From positions 9,990-73,989 of the forward strand of contig CAZTJK010000001.1 in the NCBI GenBank assembly GCA_964613715.1: 64,000 nucleotides of DNA, in the 5' to 3' direction. Shown here piece after piece: positions 8,534 to 18,330 of the stretch (position 1 is its first letter; each line of letters opens with the position of its first letter). The DNA is from an uncultured Candidatus Saccharibacteria bacterium (GTDB lineage Bacteria > Patescibacteriota > Minisyncoccia > Phycocordibacterales > GWA1-40-21). The position numbers and the translations under genes were made by a program. The notes beneath the pieces were generated by a model. That model did not search any database. It saw only the letters and a program-made list of their open reading frames with translations, and was not told the origin of the DNA.

Positions 8534-8962
8534 ATGGAACCGACTGCCGAAGAAAAGATAAAAAATATCCTCAATAAGAATGCTGCTCGCGAATTACCGA
8601 TGATGCATTATCATGGCGACACCGTGCGCGTCATATACCTCCTCATGGCGGTCATTCTCGTTATCACGACACCGTTTTTCAAATATAAGCTCCTGACACA
8701 GTCTTTCGGTGCTATCGTCGCCGTTATCGGCTTTTCAGTGTTCGGAGGGCTGACGAATCCGCGATCGCGAGCAGTCATCGTCATCGATTTCCTGATATCC
8801 ATCGCATCAGCTGTTATATTTGGATATCAAACCATCGTCACGTATGCCGGCTCATATGCAGATCTATTCTTCCTCACAAACGTCTTGTTGTTTGCCCTTG
8901 CCGTATTTTCATTGTATTTCAGCAGCAAGACGCTCCGGGGGAATCTCTTGTATCAGAAATAA
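8534..8962 (+). CDS. hypothetical four-TM membrane protein
   Basis: hydrophobic helices; TATAAT 6 nt upstream. Confidence 0.65.
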   Translation: MEPTAEEKIKNILNKNAARELPMMHYHGDTVRVIYLLMAVILVITTPFFKYKLLTQSFGAIVAVIGFSVFGGLTNPRSRAVIVIDFLISIASAVIFGYQTIVTYAGSYADLFFLTNVLLFALAVFSLYFSSKTLRGNLLYQK

Positions 8963-8964
8963 AT

Positions 8965-9192
8965 ATGAGAAAGCTTAAAATCATCGCTTCGATTCTGGCG
9001 GGCATCGCATGTATTGCCCTTGCATTTGTATATTTCACGACCGAAGCGGGGAATCTGCCTCATATCATCCCAGGATTCGAAGCGGGAGCTGTCAAAATCC
9101 ATTTCAAGCATGGCATCGCATCGCTTGTCCTCGGCCTCGGACTCTTCGCATATGCCTGGTTTGCATCAGCTCCAAAATCAGCGGATCAATAA
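8965..9192 (+). CDS. small two-TM membrane protein
   Basis: two TM segments with LPHIIPG..HFKHG loop; 2 nt after the upstream gene. Confidence 0.6.
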   Translation: MRKLKIIASILAGIACIALAFVYFTTEAGNLPHIIPGFEAGAVKIHFKHGIASLVLGLGLFAYAWFASAPKSADQ

Positions 9193-10026
9193 GAGGAAAA
9201 AGGCGATGACGCCACCTGCCATGCAATATGCTGAAAACGGCAGAAGGGTTTTTTTCATGAAATATTTTTCAAGGAATTTCACGGAAAAGTAAGCGCTTGT
9301 GCCCGAAGCGACAGCGCCAATAAGAATCGGTAGGGTATTAAATGATGCGGCCGCCAAAAGAGGCAATTTCAAAGCAGAAGCGGCAAAAATAACCGGTGTA
9401 GCTAAGAGGAATGAAAAGCGGGCAGCGGCTGCATGATCAAGCCCGGCAAATAAGCCAGCACCGAGCGTCAGGCCGGTACGGGAAAAGCCTGGCAACAGTG
9501 CGACGCATTCCGCAAGTCCGATTTTCACTGCCTGCTTCCAAGTAAGCCTCGCGGCAGCCTGATCAGGATCAGTAGAAAGAGAATCTTGAGTCTTCATTCG
9601 GGCGCGTTCGAACACATCGAGCAGAATGCCGTTACCAATAAGAAACAAGGAAACGATAATCCCTGAAGAAAAGAGAAGCTTAAGCTTTTCCTCAAGCAAA
9701 AGGCCAAGCATGCCGACCGGCACTGTTGCAACAACGATGAGCCAGCCGAGCTTTGCGTAAGTATCGGCAGGATCAATCATGCGATTTTTAAGCGAACGAA
9801 ATATTCCTTTGAGAATAAGCAGCCAATCCTTCCGGAAAAACCACAGCAGCACGAGCGCTGTCGCAAAATGCGTTGCAACAACAAACACGAGGAAATAATC
9901 ACTTGATTGATCGATATGCCAGCCCAAAAGCTGCGGCAAGATGACTGAGTGGCCAAGGCTCGAAATGGGGAAAAGCTCGGTAAAGCCCTGCAGCGCGCCC
10001 ATGATGATGGTCTGAAGAAAGTCCAT
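9178..10026 (-). CDS. uppP: undecaprenyl-diphosphate phosphatase
   Basis: QGFTELFPISSLGH, PGFSRTG, AARFSFLL. Confidence 0.92.
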   Translation of the reverse strand: MDFLQTIIMGALQGFTELFPISSLGHSVILPQLLGWHIDQSSDYFLVFVVATHFATALVLLWFFRKDWLLILKGIFRSLKNRMIDPADTYAKLGWLIVVATVPVGMLGLLLEEKLKLLFSSGIIVSLFLIGNGILLDVFERARMKTQDSLSTDPDQAAARLTWKQAVKIGLAECVALLPGFSRTGLTLGAGLFAGLDHAAAARFSFLLATPVIFAASALKLPLLAAASFNTLPILIGAVASGTSAYFSVKFLEKYFMKKTLLPFSAYCMAGGVIAFFLLLIR

Positions 10027-10034
10027 AGAGTTTA

Positions 10035-11390
10035 TTAAATGCCTTGCAGCTTATTGATCTCCGTCGTCTGGATGGTATTGGCAAGCGCCATTACGCTTCG
10101 GCCATAGCTTGCGACAAACGAGGATTTGCTGCATGAGCTGCCGGAATAATATTTGCATGCAGCGTTCATCTCTGCGGTATAGCTTGATTTGTTTGCGCCA
10201 AGATCCCCAAGATAAATCGCCGCCGCCATGAATGCATGCTGTGGGTTCCACGGGTTCGGAATGCCTGAAATGCCGAGCGCTGAAGCAATGCGGGTTGCAA
10301 ACAGCATCCAGGTCGAGGCAATGAATTGCGCCGGGCCCATAGCGCCGCCCCAGCCGATCGCCTGCGGGCATGATACGACAGTCTTGTACGGGTCGACATT
10401 GATCGAGCTTGTGATGGTCAAAAACGGCGGCACATCGCGGGTCGGATTCATCACATTATCGAAATACTTCCCGGATTTGACGCTGAGGCCCGCGCCACTC
10501 TGGCTCGAGAGATAACAGGTGCCTTGATTGCTGCCGAGATTCGTCTCCTGGGTAAGGACCGCGAGCAGGAAGGCTGGATCAACGCCCGTGCGAGCATAGG
10601 CAGTCTTTGCATAGAGATATGCAGTACCGAATGGAATCGGGTTGGAGCCTCCTGCAAGCGAGAAGAGCTGCGCACTGATGGCATCCGCCTCCTTCTTTTT
10701 CTGGGCAAGCAGGGTGCCATATGCTTTTTCATTTTGCTTGCTGATGGACAAAAGCTGTTGACGAGCAGCCTGATCGCTCTTGATCTTTGCCTGCTCCTGC
10801 TGGATGACATAGCGCGCGTCGATTTCCGCATTGCGCTTTTCCACGAGGGTGTTCTTCGCATCGGTCGTATTCTTCTTATCCACGCCAAGCTGTGCTGAAA
10901 GATCGGAAAGCTGCGATTGGAGCATCTCGATCGTATTTGTATCATCGATAAATCCGGAAATGGTCGTGTTCGACAAGAGAACCTCGAGCAGGGAATTCGT
11001 CTCGGCTTTCGAAAGGGTGCGGAACATGCTTTCGATATCTTTTGTGTTGGCACTAATACGGTCTTCAAGATCATTGATCTGATTTTGCTTGTCGACGATA
11101 TTGTCGCCGAGCGTCTTGATGAGGAGGTTTTTCGCCTTTATATTGAGCTCTGCCGCCTTGATGCGCGCAGTCAACACATCGATATCACGCTGAATGGAAG
11201 CTGATTGAGATTGGGCCTTCGTGAGGTCTGCCTGCGCCTGTGCGGCTTCCGCTTGTACCGCTGCAAGCTGCGCTTCAAGCGCGGCGCGATCAGCAGGAGA
11301 TAGCGCTTGAGCCCCGGCAGGCTGGCATGGGGAAAGAAAAAAAATGCCGAAGACGGCAAGGGCGAATGTCCTGAAGAACCAAGATTTCAT
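10035..11390 (-). CDS. secreted coiled-coil protein with C-terminal lytic transglycosylase-like domain
   Basis: signal peptide, long coiled coil, LTQET and GAMGPAQFIASTW, AAAIYL. Confidence 0.8.
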   Translation of the reverse strand: MKSWFFRTFALAVFGIFFLSPCQPAGAQALSPADRAALEAQLAAVQAEAAQAQADLTKAQSQSASIQRDIDVLTARIKAAELNIKAKNLLIKTLGDNIVDKQNQINDLEDRISANTKDIESMFRTLSKAETNSLLEVLLSNTTISGFIDDTNTIEMLQSQLSDLSAQLGVDKKNTTDAKNTLVEKRNAEIDARYVIQQEQAKIKSDQAARQQLLSISKQNEKAYGTLLAQKKKEADAISAQLFSLAGGSNPIPFGTAYLYAKTAYARTGVDPAFLLAVLTQETNLGSNQGTCYLSSQSGAGLSVKSGKYFDNVMNPTRDVPPFLTITSSINVDPYKTVVSCPQAIGWGGAMGPAQFIASTWMLFATRIASALGISGIPNPWNPQHAFMAAAIYLGDLGANKSSYTAEMNAACKYYSGSSCSKSSFVASYGRSVMALANTIQTTEINKLQGI

Positions 11391-11496
11391 AAGGCTATTA
11401 TAGCAAAGACGGAGCGTCTGTGTACTCTGACTTGTTGCAATAGAGTAAGAAGGGTTATAATAGTGAAGGTACGTTTATTCATTAATCTTTTGATTT

Positions 11497-11733
11497 ATGT
11501 CACAAACAACAAAAACCATCGTGATTCTCATCGTGCTTGCTGCAGCAGCCTATATCGGCTGGTCAGTCATGAGCAAGACCGGCTCAAGCATGCAGCCTGA
11601 TCAATCCGGCTATACGACCTCTGCATCCGATACGTCGGATGCCGCGATCAATCAGGATATGTCGAATATCGACACCCAGATGAAGCAGCTCAATACTGAT
11701 GCAAACGACCTTGACTCATCAATGAACCAATAA
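11497..11733 (+). CDS. small membrane-anchored hypothetical protein
   Basis: N-terminal TM, acidic helical tail. Confidence 0.65.
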   Translation: MSQTTKTIVILIVLAAAAYIGWSVMSKTGSSMQPDQSGYTTSASDTSDAAINQDMSNIDTQMKQLNTDANDLDSSMNQ

Positions 11734-11750
11734 TCAGCATAATCCTACAC

Positions 11751-12644
11751 ATGACTATGAACACATTGAAATCATATCTTTTGGCAGCAACGACAGCATA
11801 CGCGGCTCTCTTCGCCCTGCCGGCGCTTGCTCAGGATGTAAGCGCAAGCGGTAATGTCCAGGTAGAAACGAGCGCAGGGACTCAAGACGCCGGCTTGCGC
11901 GCTGCGCTTCAGGCGAAGATAGCAGCTCATGCAAGCACGACGGCAGCAATGAAAGCCGAGCATCAGGAAACTATGAGCACGAATGCAAAAGCGATGGCCG
12001 ACACCCAGATCGACAATCGCATCGCATCCTTGAATGCCCTTCTTCTGCGTATCAAGGGCATGAAGCATGTGTCTGACAGCTATATGACAAGCGCTACGGC
12101 AGCAGTACAGGGCGAAATCGGAAAACTGACCGATCTCAAAGCTAAAATAGATGCTGATGCGGATATCACGGTGTTGAAGACCGATGTGAAATCGATCGCG
12201 CCGTCCCTGCGCATCTACATGCTCGTAGAGCCGCAGCTGCGGATTCAGACGACTGCTGAAAAAATAAAGGAAATCGGCACGAATATGACAACGACGCTCG
12301 CGAAAATCTCCGCACGAATGTCAGCTATCGCAGCAAGCAGCACCGTGGATACGTCCGGAGTCGTCGCAGCCATTGCTGATGCAAATACGAAAATCGCTGA
12401 TGCGAATGTCCAGGCGACGGCTGCGGAGACTGCTGTCGCATCGCTTTCAGCAGACAATGGTGATAAGACTGCCGAATCTGCAAACCACGATGCGCTCGTG
12501 AAAGCGCGAGCGGATCTGAAAGTCGCGATGACTGATCTCGAATCCGCACGCAAGGAAGTTATGGCAGCGCTGCAGACACTCCGTTCCATCCATGTGAAAG
12601 CGAAAGTCAGCGCCACTACGACTGCGACGACAAACGTTCAATAG
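11751..12644 (+). CDS. secreted Ala-rich coiled-coil protein
   Basis: signal peptide ending ALA, helical composition. Confidence 0.7.
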   Translation: MTMNTLKSYLLAATTAYAALFALPALAQDVSASGNVQVETSAGTQDAGLRAALQAKIAAHASTTAAMKAEHQETMSTNAKAMADTQIDNRIASLNALLLRIKGMKHVSDSYMTSATAAVQGEIGKLTDLKAKIDADADITVLKTDVKSIAPSLRIYMLVEPQLRIQTTAEKIKEIGTNMTTTLAKISARMSAIAASSTVDTSGVVAAIADANTKIADANVQATAAETAVASLSADNGDKTAESANHDALVKARADLKVAMTDLESARKEVMAALQTLRSIHVKAKVSATTTATTNVQ

Positions 12645-12660
12645 CTTCATAAGTAGTACA

Positions 12661-12691
12661 AAAACAGCCGGAAAGAATATCCGGCTGTTTT
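12661..12691. terminator. bidirectional terminator
   Basis: AAAACAGCCGGA...TCCGGCTGTTTT between convergent genes. Confidence 0.8.
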
Positions 12692-12699
12692 GATGCCTG

Positions 12700-13020
12700 T
12701 TAGAAATGCGGAGGACGGAAATGTATAGCTCCATCGTCTCCTCCGCCACCCCCTGAAAACAAAGGACGCAGAAGAAGAAAAAGAAGATAATATCCGAACA
12801 GACATATCCCTATTTCCCAGGCGAGGCTCTTGGCCTTCTTCATAAATTTTAATTCGATGAAAATGAGCAGCAGCCAGACTGCAAATACTGACAGGCTGCG
12901 AATGAGGTGCTCGAATCCGAATAAAAACCCAAGAACGAGCACCACAACGGCAATCATCAGGCCATATACGAAGATAGAGCCTATGATGGTCCAGAACCAA
13001 TCCTTCACTGACTTAGCCAT
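12700..13020 (-). CDS. hypothetical three-TM membrane protein
   Basis: AAGGAG SD before ATG 13020; TTGACA-17-TACGCT promoter (13086-13058). Confidence 0.6.
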   Translation of the reverse strand: MAKSVKDWFWTIIGSIFVYGLMIAVVVLVLGFLFGFEHLIRSLSVFAVWLLLIFIELKFMKKAKSLAWEIGICLFGYYLLFLLLRPLFSGGGGGDDGAIHFRPPHF

Positions 13021-13089
13021 TCCATGCTCCTTCACGTATGATTTTGAATCTGCCTTGAGCGTAGTAAAATAGGCACATATTGTCAAACC

Positions 13090-13632
13090 ATGAAAAAGCT
13101 TATTATCGCCGAAGTGAAGACGGAATCGCCGTTCGGATTCAAATCCGAAAAGGCCTGGGATGAGCTATTTGCTATCGCAGACAGGGTGGGTGACATGATA
13201 TCGATCCATACCGATTCCCGCTGGGGCGGGTCATTCGACTTGATCCGAAAAGCAAGAAGACTGACGAAAAAGCCGATACTAGCAAAAGGAATCCATCCGG
13301 CTGATGCGGATATTGAAAAAGCGATCGAGGCAGGAGCAGATTATGTGCTCGTCGTCGGCCGCATTCCGAAGATCCATCTTGAGAAGTGCCTTATCGAGCC
13401 GCGTTCGCTTGCCGAACTTGCCAAGATTCCGGCAAATCTGAAAGCTGTCTGGAATAGCCGGGATCTTGCGACCGGCGGCCTGAAAAAAGAGACATTTGCC
13501 AAAGCACGAAAGCTCTTTTCCGGCTGGCTCTGCCAGGCAAGCAATATACGAACGAAGGCTGATATCGAGCCTGGGGCGGATGCGGTGCTTGTCGGCAGCA
13601 ATCTTGAAACGTTCGCGCAATCCGTCGCATAA
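13090..13632 (+). CDS. truncated indole-3-glycerol-phosphate synthase (TrpC)-like TIM barrel
   Basis: IIAEVKTESP, ISIHTD..WGGS, PILAK, WNSRDL, VLVGS. Confidence 0.7.
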   Translation: MKKLIIAEVKTESPFGFKSEKAWDELFAIADRVGDMISIHTDSRWGGSFDLIRKARRLTKKPILAKGIHPADADIEKAIEAGADYVLVVGRIPKIHLEKCLIEPRSLAELAKIPANLKAVWNSRDLATGGLKKETFAKARKLFSGWLCQASNIRTKADIEPGADAVLVGSNLETFAQSVA

Positions 13633-13649
13633 GAGTATATAATCACCAT

Positions 13650-14150
13650 ATGCTTACGATATTCAATGTCATATCGAAAGATGGATTCATCGCTGATACA
13701 GAGGGCAGGGAAGATTTCATCCCTGAAGCGATTTGGGAATATGATATCGAGCTCTATCAGCGCTACGACACGCTCATCATGGGAAAACATACTTATGCAG
13801 CAATACAGGCATATGATGATGCAGCAAAAAAACTTCTCGAGGATTTGCCGATACGGAAAATCGTGCTATCGCATGATCAGGATCTGAAATTAAAAAACGG
13901 CTATGAAGCATGCATCTCGCTTGAAGCGGCCCTTTTGAAAGGGAAACAGTGTCTTCTTTCGAGCGGGCCAAGTACGAATGACAGAGCAATGAAGCAAAAG
14001 CTTGTTGATACGGTGATCCAATATGAGCTTTCGGAACAAATCGGTAATGGCATTCGCCCGTTCACATTTGATGTGACGAATATGATGCAGGTGGTCTCTC
14101 ACGTTAAAATGCCGTATGGCATCCTCTCGGAATATATCGTCAAGAAGTAA
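13650..14150 (+). CDS. dihydrofolate reductase-like protein
   Basis: ISKDGFIA, LIMGKHTY, IGNGIRPF. Confidence 0.75.
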   Translation: MLTIFNVISKDGFIADTEGREDFIPEAIWEYDIELYQRYDTLIMGKHTYAAIQAYDDAAKKLLEDLPIRKIVLSHDQDLKLKNGYEACISLEAALLKGKQCLLSSGPSTNDRAMKQKLVDTVIQYELSEQIGNGIRPFTFDVTNMMQVVSHVKMPYGILSEYIVKK

Positions 14151-14199
14151 ATCCGTCTCGGAAGAGAAGGTGGCGGCATAAACGTGCTAGTATTTTTAT

Positions 14200-14802
14200 A
14201 TGGAGTATTCCGAATACAAGGATGAGGAGCTTATCAGGCTATCGAGCCGCGACGAGCAGGCATTCAATGAGATCGTCCGGCGATACTTGTCACCGCTCTA
14301 TAATTTCATATATCGCATACTCAAAAACAACCTCGATGTGGAAGATATCGTCCAGGATGCATTCCTGAAGGCATGGAAGCATGCCCATACCTTCCGCCCG
14401 CCGCAAAAATTCAAGACATGGCTCTATGCGATCGGGCATCATGCTGCAATCGATCATGCGCGCAAAAAGCGCCCGCTGCTGTTCTCTGACTTTGAGACAG
14501 ATGATTCGCCTGTCTCGTTTGCAGACACCATTGCCGATACGGAAGCGCTTGCTGACGAAATTTTTGAGCGCGCCGAACTAAAAACAGCCGTTGAAACGCT
14601 GCTTGGCAAACTCCCGGCACCGTATCGGGAAGTGATACTCCTGCGCTATCATGAAGAGCTCGGGTTCGAGGATATTGCATCAATACTCGGCAAACCTGCA
14701 AATACGGTCAAAAGCCAACATCGCCGGGCCCTTCTTTTCCTGAAGAAAGAGATTGATGCTGCACCGAAACAGCCGCTTCGCACGTATAAGAAAGCGATAT
14801 GA
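14200..14802 (+). CDS. ECF RNA polymerase sigma factor
   Basis: EDIVQDAFLKAW, FKTWLY, region 4 EDIASILGKPANTVKS. Confidence 0.92.
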   Translation: MEYSEYKDEELIRLSSRDEQAFNEIVRRYLSPLYNFIYRILKNNLDVEDIVQDAFLKAWKHAHTFRPPQKFKTWLYAIGHHAAIDHARKKRPLLFSDFETDDSPVSFADTIADTEALADEIFERAELKTAVETLLGKLPAPYREVILLRYHEELGFEDIASILGKPANTVKSQHRRALLFLKKEIDAAPKQPLRTYKKAI

Positions 14803-15194
14803 GACATTTGCACGTACAAGAACAACTGCCATCGCCGTTCCTAGAGAATCGGATCATGGCTACAATACAGCGTGCCATGGTAGAAAGAAAATCAGCTCGA
14901 AAAAGAATCGGGGTGCTTTTTGCGGCAATATCATCCGCGATCGGTGTATATTTCCTGACGTATGCAATCAACGCATTCCAGGCATCGGGATTCGGCACCT
15001 ATTTGTCGCTTGCGTTCAGTGATAGCAGGATCGTATTCGGAAATTTCAGTACCTTCCTGCTTTCGCTTGTCGATTCGGCACCGTTATTCGCCCTGACTCT
15101 CTGCTTGGTCGCTGTGACCGCGATCCTCGCATCAGTGCGATATGTGGCTACCGCAATGCGGGAATATAGGTATCAGCCATCATTATTCAATTAA
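14799..15194 (+). CDS. putative membrane anti-sigma factor
   Basis: ATGA overlap with the ECF gene, short cytoplasmic N-terminus then TM helices. Confidence 0.55.
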   Translation: MRHLHVQEQLPSPFLENRIMATIQRAMVERKSARKRIGVLFAAISSAIGVYFLTYAINAFQASGFGTYLSLAFSDSRIVFGNFSTFLLSLVDSAPLFALTLCLVAVTAILASVRYVATAMREYRYQPSLFN

Positions 15195-15199
15195 AAAAT

Positions 15200-15658
15200 A
15201 TGAAAACAACCTGGAAAGATTTTTTTGCATCAAATAAAGTCCAGAAAGCTATTTGGATCATTTTGGCACTAGTAGCGCTGCTCGTCGCATTCCAGGCTGG
15301 CATCTTCGTCGGATTTGAAAAGGCGCGTTTCTCGAACCGCATCGGCGAGCGGTATTTCATGCAGGTGGGCTCACGCAGAAATGTTGGCCTGTTTCCAGGC
15401 GAAGGGTTCGGCGGCCCGCATGGCTCTTTCGGCAGGATCGTCGAGATCAAGCTGCCTTTTGTTGTGATCGCTGATCGGGATGGGAATGATAAGACTATCA
15501 TGGTTTCAAGCTCCACGAATATCCGGGATGCTGATGGCGATGAGCGCGTGAATATCCTTGCTGCAAACCAAACAGTCGTCGTGTTCGGGGATGCATCGAG
15601 CTCGGACGCCATCATTGACGCGCGCCTGATCAGGATTTTGCCGGCTCCGCAGCAATAA
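15200..15658 (+). CDS. membrane-anchored hypothetical protein (beta-rich extracellular domain)
   Basis: single TM; in the ECF operon. Confidence 0.65.
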   Translation: MKTTWKDFFASNKVQKAIWIILALVALLVAFQAGIFVGFEKARFSNRIGERYFMQVGSRRNVGLFPGEGFGGPHGSFGRIVEIKLPFVVIADRDGNDKTIMVSSSTNIRDADGDERVNILAANQTVVVFGDASSSDAIIDARLIRILPAPQQ

Positions 15659-15664
15659 TCCTCT

Positions 15665-17608
15665 ATGAAAAACTATCTGAAAAAGATCCTGGCGAAAGAA
15701 TTCTGGCGGCAGGCCGGAGCATGGGCAAGCATGCATAAGACTCTGTCGGTCATCATCGCGCTCGCAACCCTTTCCACTGCCCATTGGGGAATTTCGAAAA
15801 TCTTGACACCTGTCGCAGGAACGCAATATGTATTCGGCAGAGTCGAGCGCGGAGACCTTGTCGTTTCAGTCAATGGATCAGGACAAGTGGCAACGGCAAG
15901 CGAAGTTGATATCAAACCGAAAACGACCGGTCAAACGCAGACGCTCGGACAGATCATCGCTGTCAAAGTGCAAAACGGCGACACCGTCAAAGCGGGCCAG
16001 GTCATCGCGATTCTCGATGGCAAGAATACTCTGCAGGCGCTCAATCAAGCAAGGGCAAGCGTTGCAAGCGCGCAGGCAAGCTATGACAAACTCGTGAACG
16101 GTCCGACTACATCTGACCTTTCATCAATCAATAACTCCATACAATCTTCACAGCTTGCTCTTTCCAATCTCCAACAGAATATCGTTATCAAGATACGGAG
16201 TGCATACACATCAGTAGCAAAATCAGTCTACAGCGACACTGATTCATTCTTCAATGGCCCGATGAGCCAGAGCCCGGTACTTTCTCTTGCTGATGTGAAT
16301 TTCCTCAATCAGCAGCTGAAAACGGCTGTAGAAGCGAAACGAAGCAGCATCGGCGCAACCCTTACAAACTGGAAAGTAAGTGTGGATGCTCTGACGAGTG
16401 CAAGCGACCTCGTGACAAGCCTGAATGATGCGATTACAAATCTCAATATAGTACGGAGCTATTTCGACGACATGGCAACGCTTTTCGCTTCATACACTAC
16501 GTCAAACACGAGCTCGGGACAATCCTCAATCAGCTCAGACAAGAGTGCTGCGGCAAGCGCGCGCTCCGGCATTGATTCGTCGATCAATGATCTGGTATCT
16601 GCACTGCAATCGTATCAAAGCGATCAAATAGGGCTCGAACAAGACCAGAATTCGCTTGCGCTCAAGACTGCGCCGCCGTCTGCCGAAGATGTAACCGTCG
16701 CTAAAGCCCAGCTCGACAATGCAACAGCAAGTCTCGCCAATGCCGAGGAGGCCTATGCATCACGCATCATCACTGCGCCGTTCGATGGACAGATTGGGGG
16801 ATTGAACGCGCAGATCGGCCAACAAGTCTTATCAAGCGACTCCCTCGGCAAGATCATCACTGCGGAAAAGGTGGTCAATATCAGCCTTAATGAAGTCGAT
16901 GCAGCAAAAATTGCAGCCGACGATGCCGTAACGCTCACATTCGATGCGATACCCGGCATTTCAATCAAAGGCCATGTGGTCTATATTGACCCGCTCGGTA
17001 CCGTAAACCAAGGCGTGGTGAGCTATGCCGTCGAGATTAAGATGGATGAATCAAATGATGCGATCAAAACCGGCATGACCGCGTCAGCGACTATCGGCAC
17101 TGAAAGCCATACAGGCGTGCTTATCGTGCCAAGCTCGGCCATTATGACGCAAAATGGCAGGAAATATGTGCTCATCGCAGATATGGCAAGCTCGACATTC
17201 GGACAAATGGCAGGATTCGGCTCATCGACACGTATACGTGGATTTGCAAGCACGACCGACCGGGGAAATTTCAGGTACAGTTCATCAACATTCACAAATG
17301 GCTCAAGCACGCGCAGATTCCGCCTCGCATCGAGCACGAGAGGGAACGTGCCTTTAGCAGGGCAGGTGGGATTGCAATTCCCGGTTACAAGCATCGAAGT
17401 GACGACCGGTATCTCGAATAATACGCAGACAGAAATCATTGCCGGCCTTTCAGAAGGTGAATTAATTGTCACACGGACGATCACGAATACAGCGGCAAAT
17501 ACGAAGACGGCTGCGGCACAGGCAACGACGCGCACGGTCGGCGCAGGAGCTGCCACGAGAGGATTCGGCGGAGGCCTCGGCGGCGGATCGGTGTTCATCA
17601 GCAGATGA
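15665..17608 (+). CDS. efflux membrane-fusion (MacA/HlyD-like) adaptor
   Basis: VQNGDTVKAGQVIA, ITAPFDG, IKTGMTA, GLSEGE; long coiled coil. Confidence 0.88.
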   Translation: MKNYLKKILAKEFWRQAGAWASMHKTLSVIIALATLSTAHWGISKILTPVAGTQYVFGRVERGDLVVSVNGSGQVATASEVDIKPKTTGQTQTLGQIIAVKVQNGDTVKAGQVIAILDGKNTLQALNQARASVASAQASYDKLVNGPTTSDLSSINNSIQSSQLALSNLQQNIVIKIRSAYTSVAKSVYSDTDSFFNGPMSQSPVLSLADVNFLNQQLKTAVEAKRSSIGATLTNWKVSVDALTSASDLVTSLNDAITNLNIVRSYFDDMATLFASYTTSNTSSGQSSISSDKSAAASARSGIDSSINDLVSALQSYQSDQIGLEQDQNSLALKTAPPSAEDVTVAKAQLDNATASLANAEEAYASRIITAPFDGQIGGLNAQIGQQVLSSDSLGKIITAEKVVNISLNEVDAAKIAADDAVTLTFDAIPGISIKGHVVYIDPLGTVNQGVVSYAVEIKMDESNDAIKTGMTASATIGTESHTGVLIVPSSAIMTQNGRKYVLIADMASSTFGQMAGFGSSTRIRGFASTTDRGNFRYSSSTFTNGSSTRRFRLASSTRGNVPLAGQVGLQFPVTSIEVTTGISNNTQTEIIAGLSEGELIVTRTITNTAANTKTAAAQATTRTVGAGAATRGFGGGLGGGSVFISR

Positions 17609-18330
17609 TCATGATCGAATGCAAAAATATCACGAAAACCTATATTAATGGCGAATCAGAAACAGAGGCCCTGAAGGGAGTTTCATTCACCATCAATGAC
17701 GGCGAGTTCGTCGCCATTATGGGGCCATCCGGATCGGGCAAATCGACTCTGATGCATATTCTTGGCGCGCTCGACACGCCGACATCTGGCATGTACAAGC
17801 TCGACGGGGAAGACGTATCGAAGCTGGCTGATGATGAGCTGGCGGATATCCGCGGCAGAAAGATCGGCTTTGTTTTCCAAGCATTCAACCTGCTCCGCCG
17901 TACAACCGTGCTGCGTAATGTCATCCTGCCACTCGTATATTCCAATGTCGTCCCCGGCGAGCGGGAAGCCCGAGCGAAAGCCGCATTACGCTCGGCAAGC
18001 CTCGAAGAAAACCGCTGGCTGCACCTGTCGAATCAGCTCTCGGGCGGACAAATCCAGCGCGTGGCCATCGCTCGTGCGCTCGTTAATAATCCGTCGCTTA
18101 TCATGGCTGATGAACCGACAGGAAATCTTGATACGAAAACCGGAGAGATTGTGCTCGATACGTTCCAGGAACTCAATAGGAAAGAAGGACGCACGATCGT
18201 CCTCATCACCCATGAGCTTGATGTCGCCGAGCATGCTGATCGCATCATCCATATCCGCGATGGCGTAATCGTGAGCGACGAACCAAATCATAAAAAACGA
18301 GCGACTCATCACGCACATCAAACCATATGA
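17605..18330 (+). CDS. MacB/LolD-type ABC transporter ATPase
   Basis: GPSGSGKST, LSGGQ, DEPTGNLD. Confidence 0.93.
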   Translation: MIMIECKNITKTYINGESETEALKGVSFTINDGEFVAIMGPSGSGKSTLMHILGALDTPTSGMYKLDGEDVSKLADDELADIRGRKIGFVFQAFNLLRRTTVLRNVILPLVYSNVVPGEREARAKAALRSASLEENRWLHLSNQLSGGQIQRVAIARALVNNPSLIMADEPTGNLDTKTGEIVLDTFQELNRKEGRTIVLITHELDVAEHADRIIHIRDGVIVSDEPNHKKRATHHAHQTI

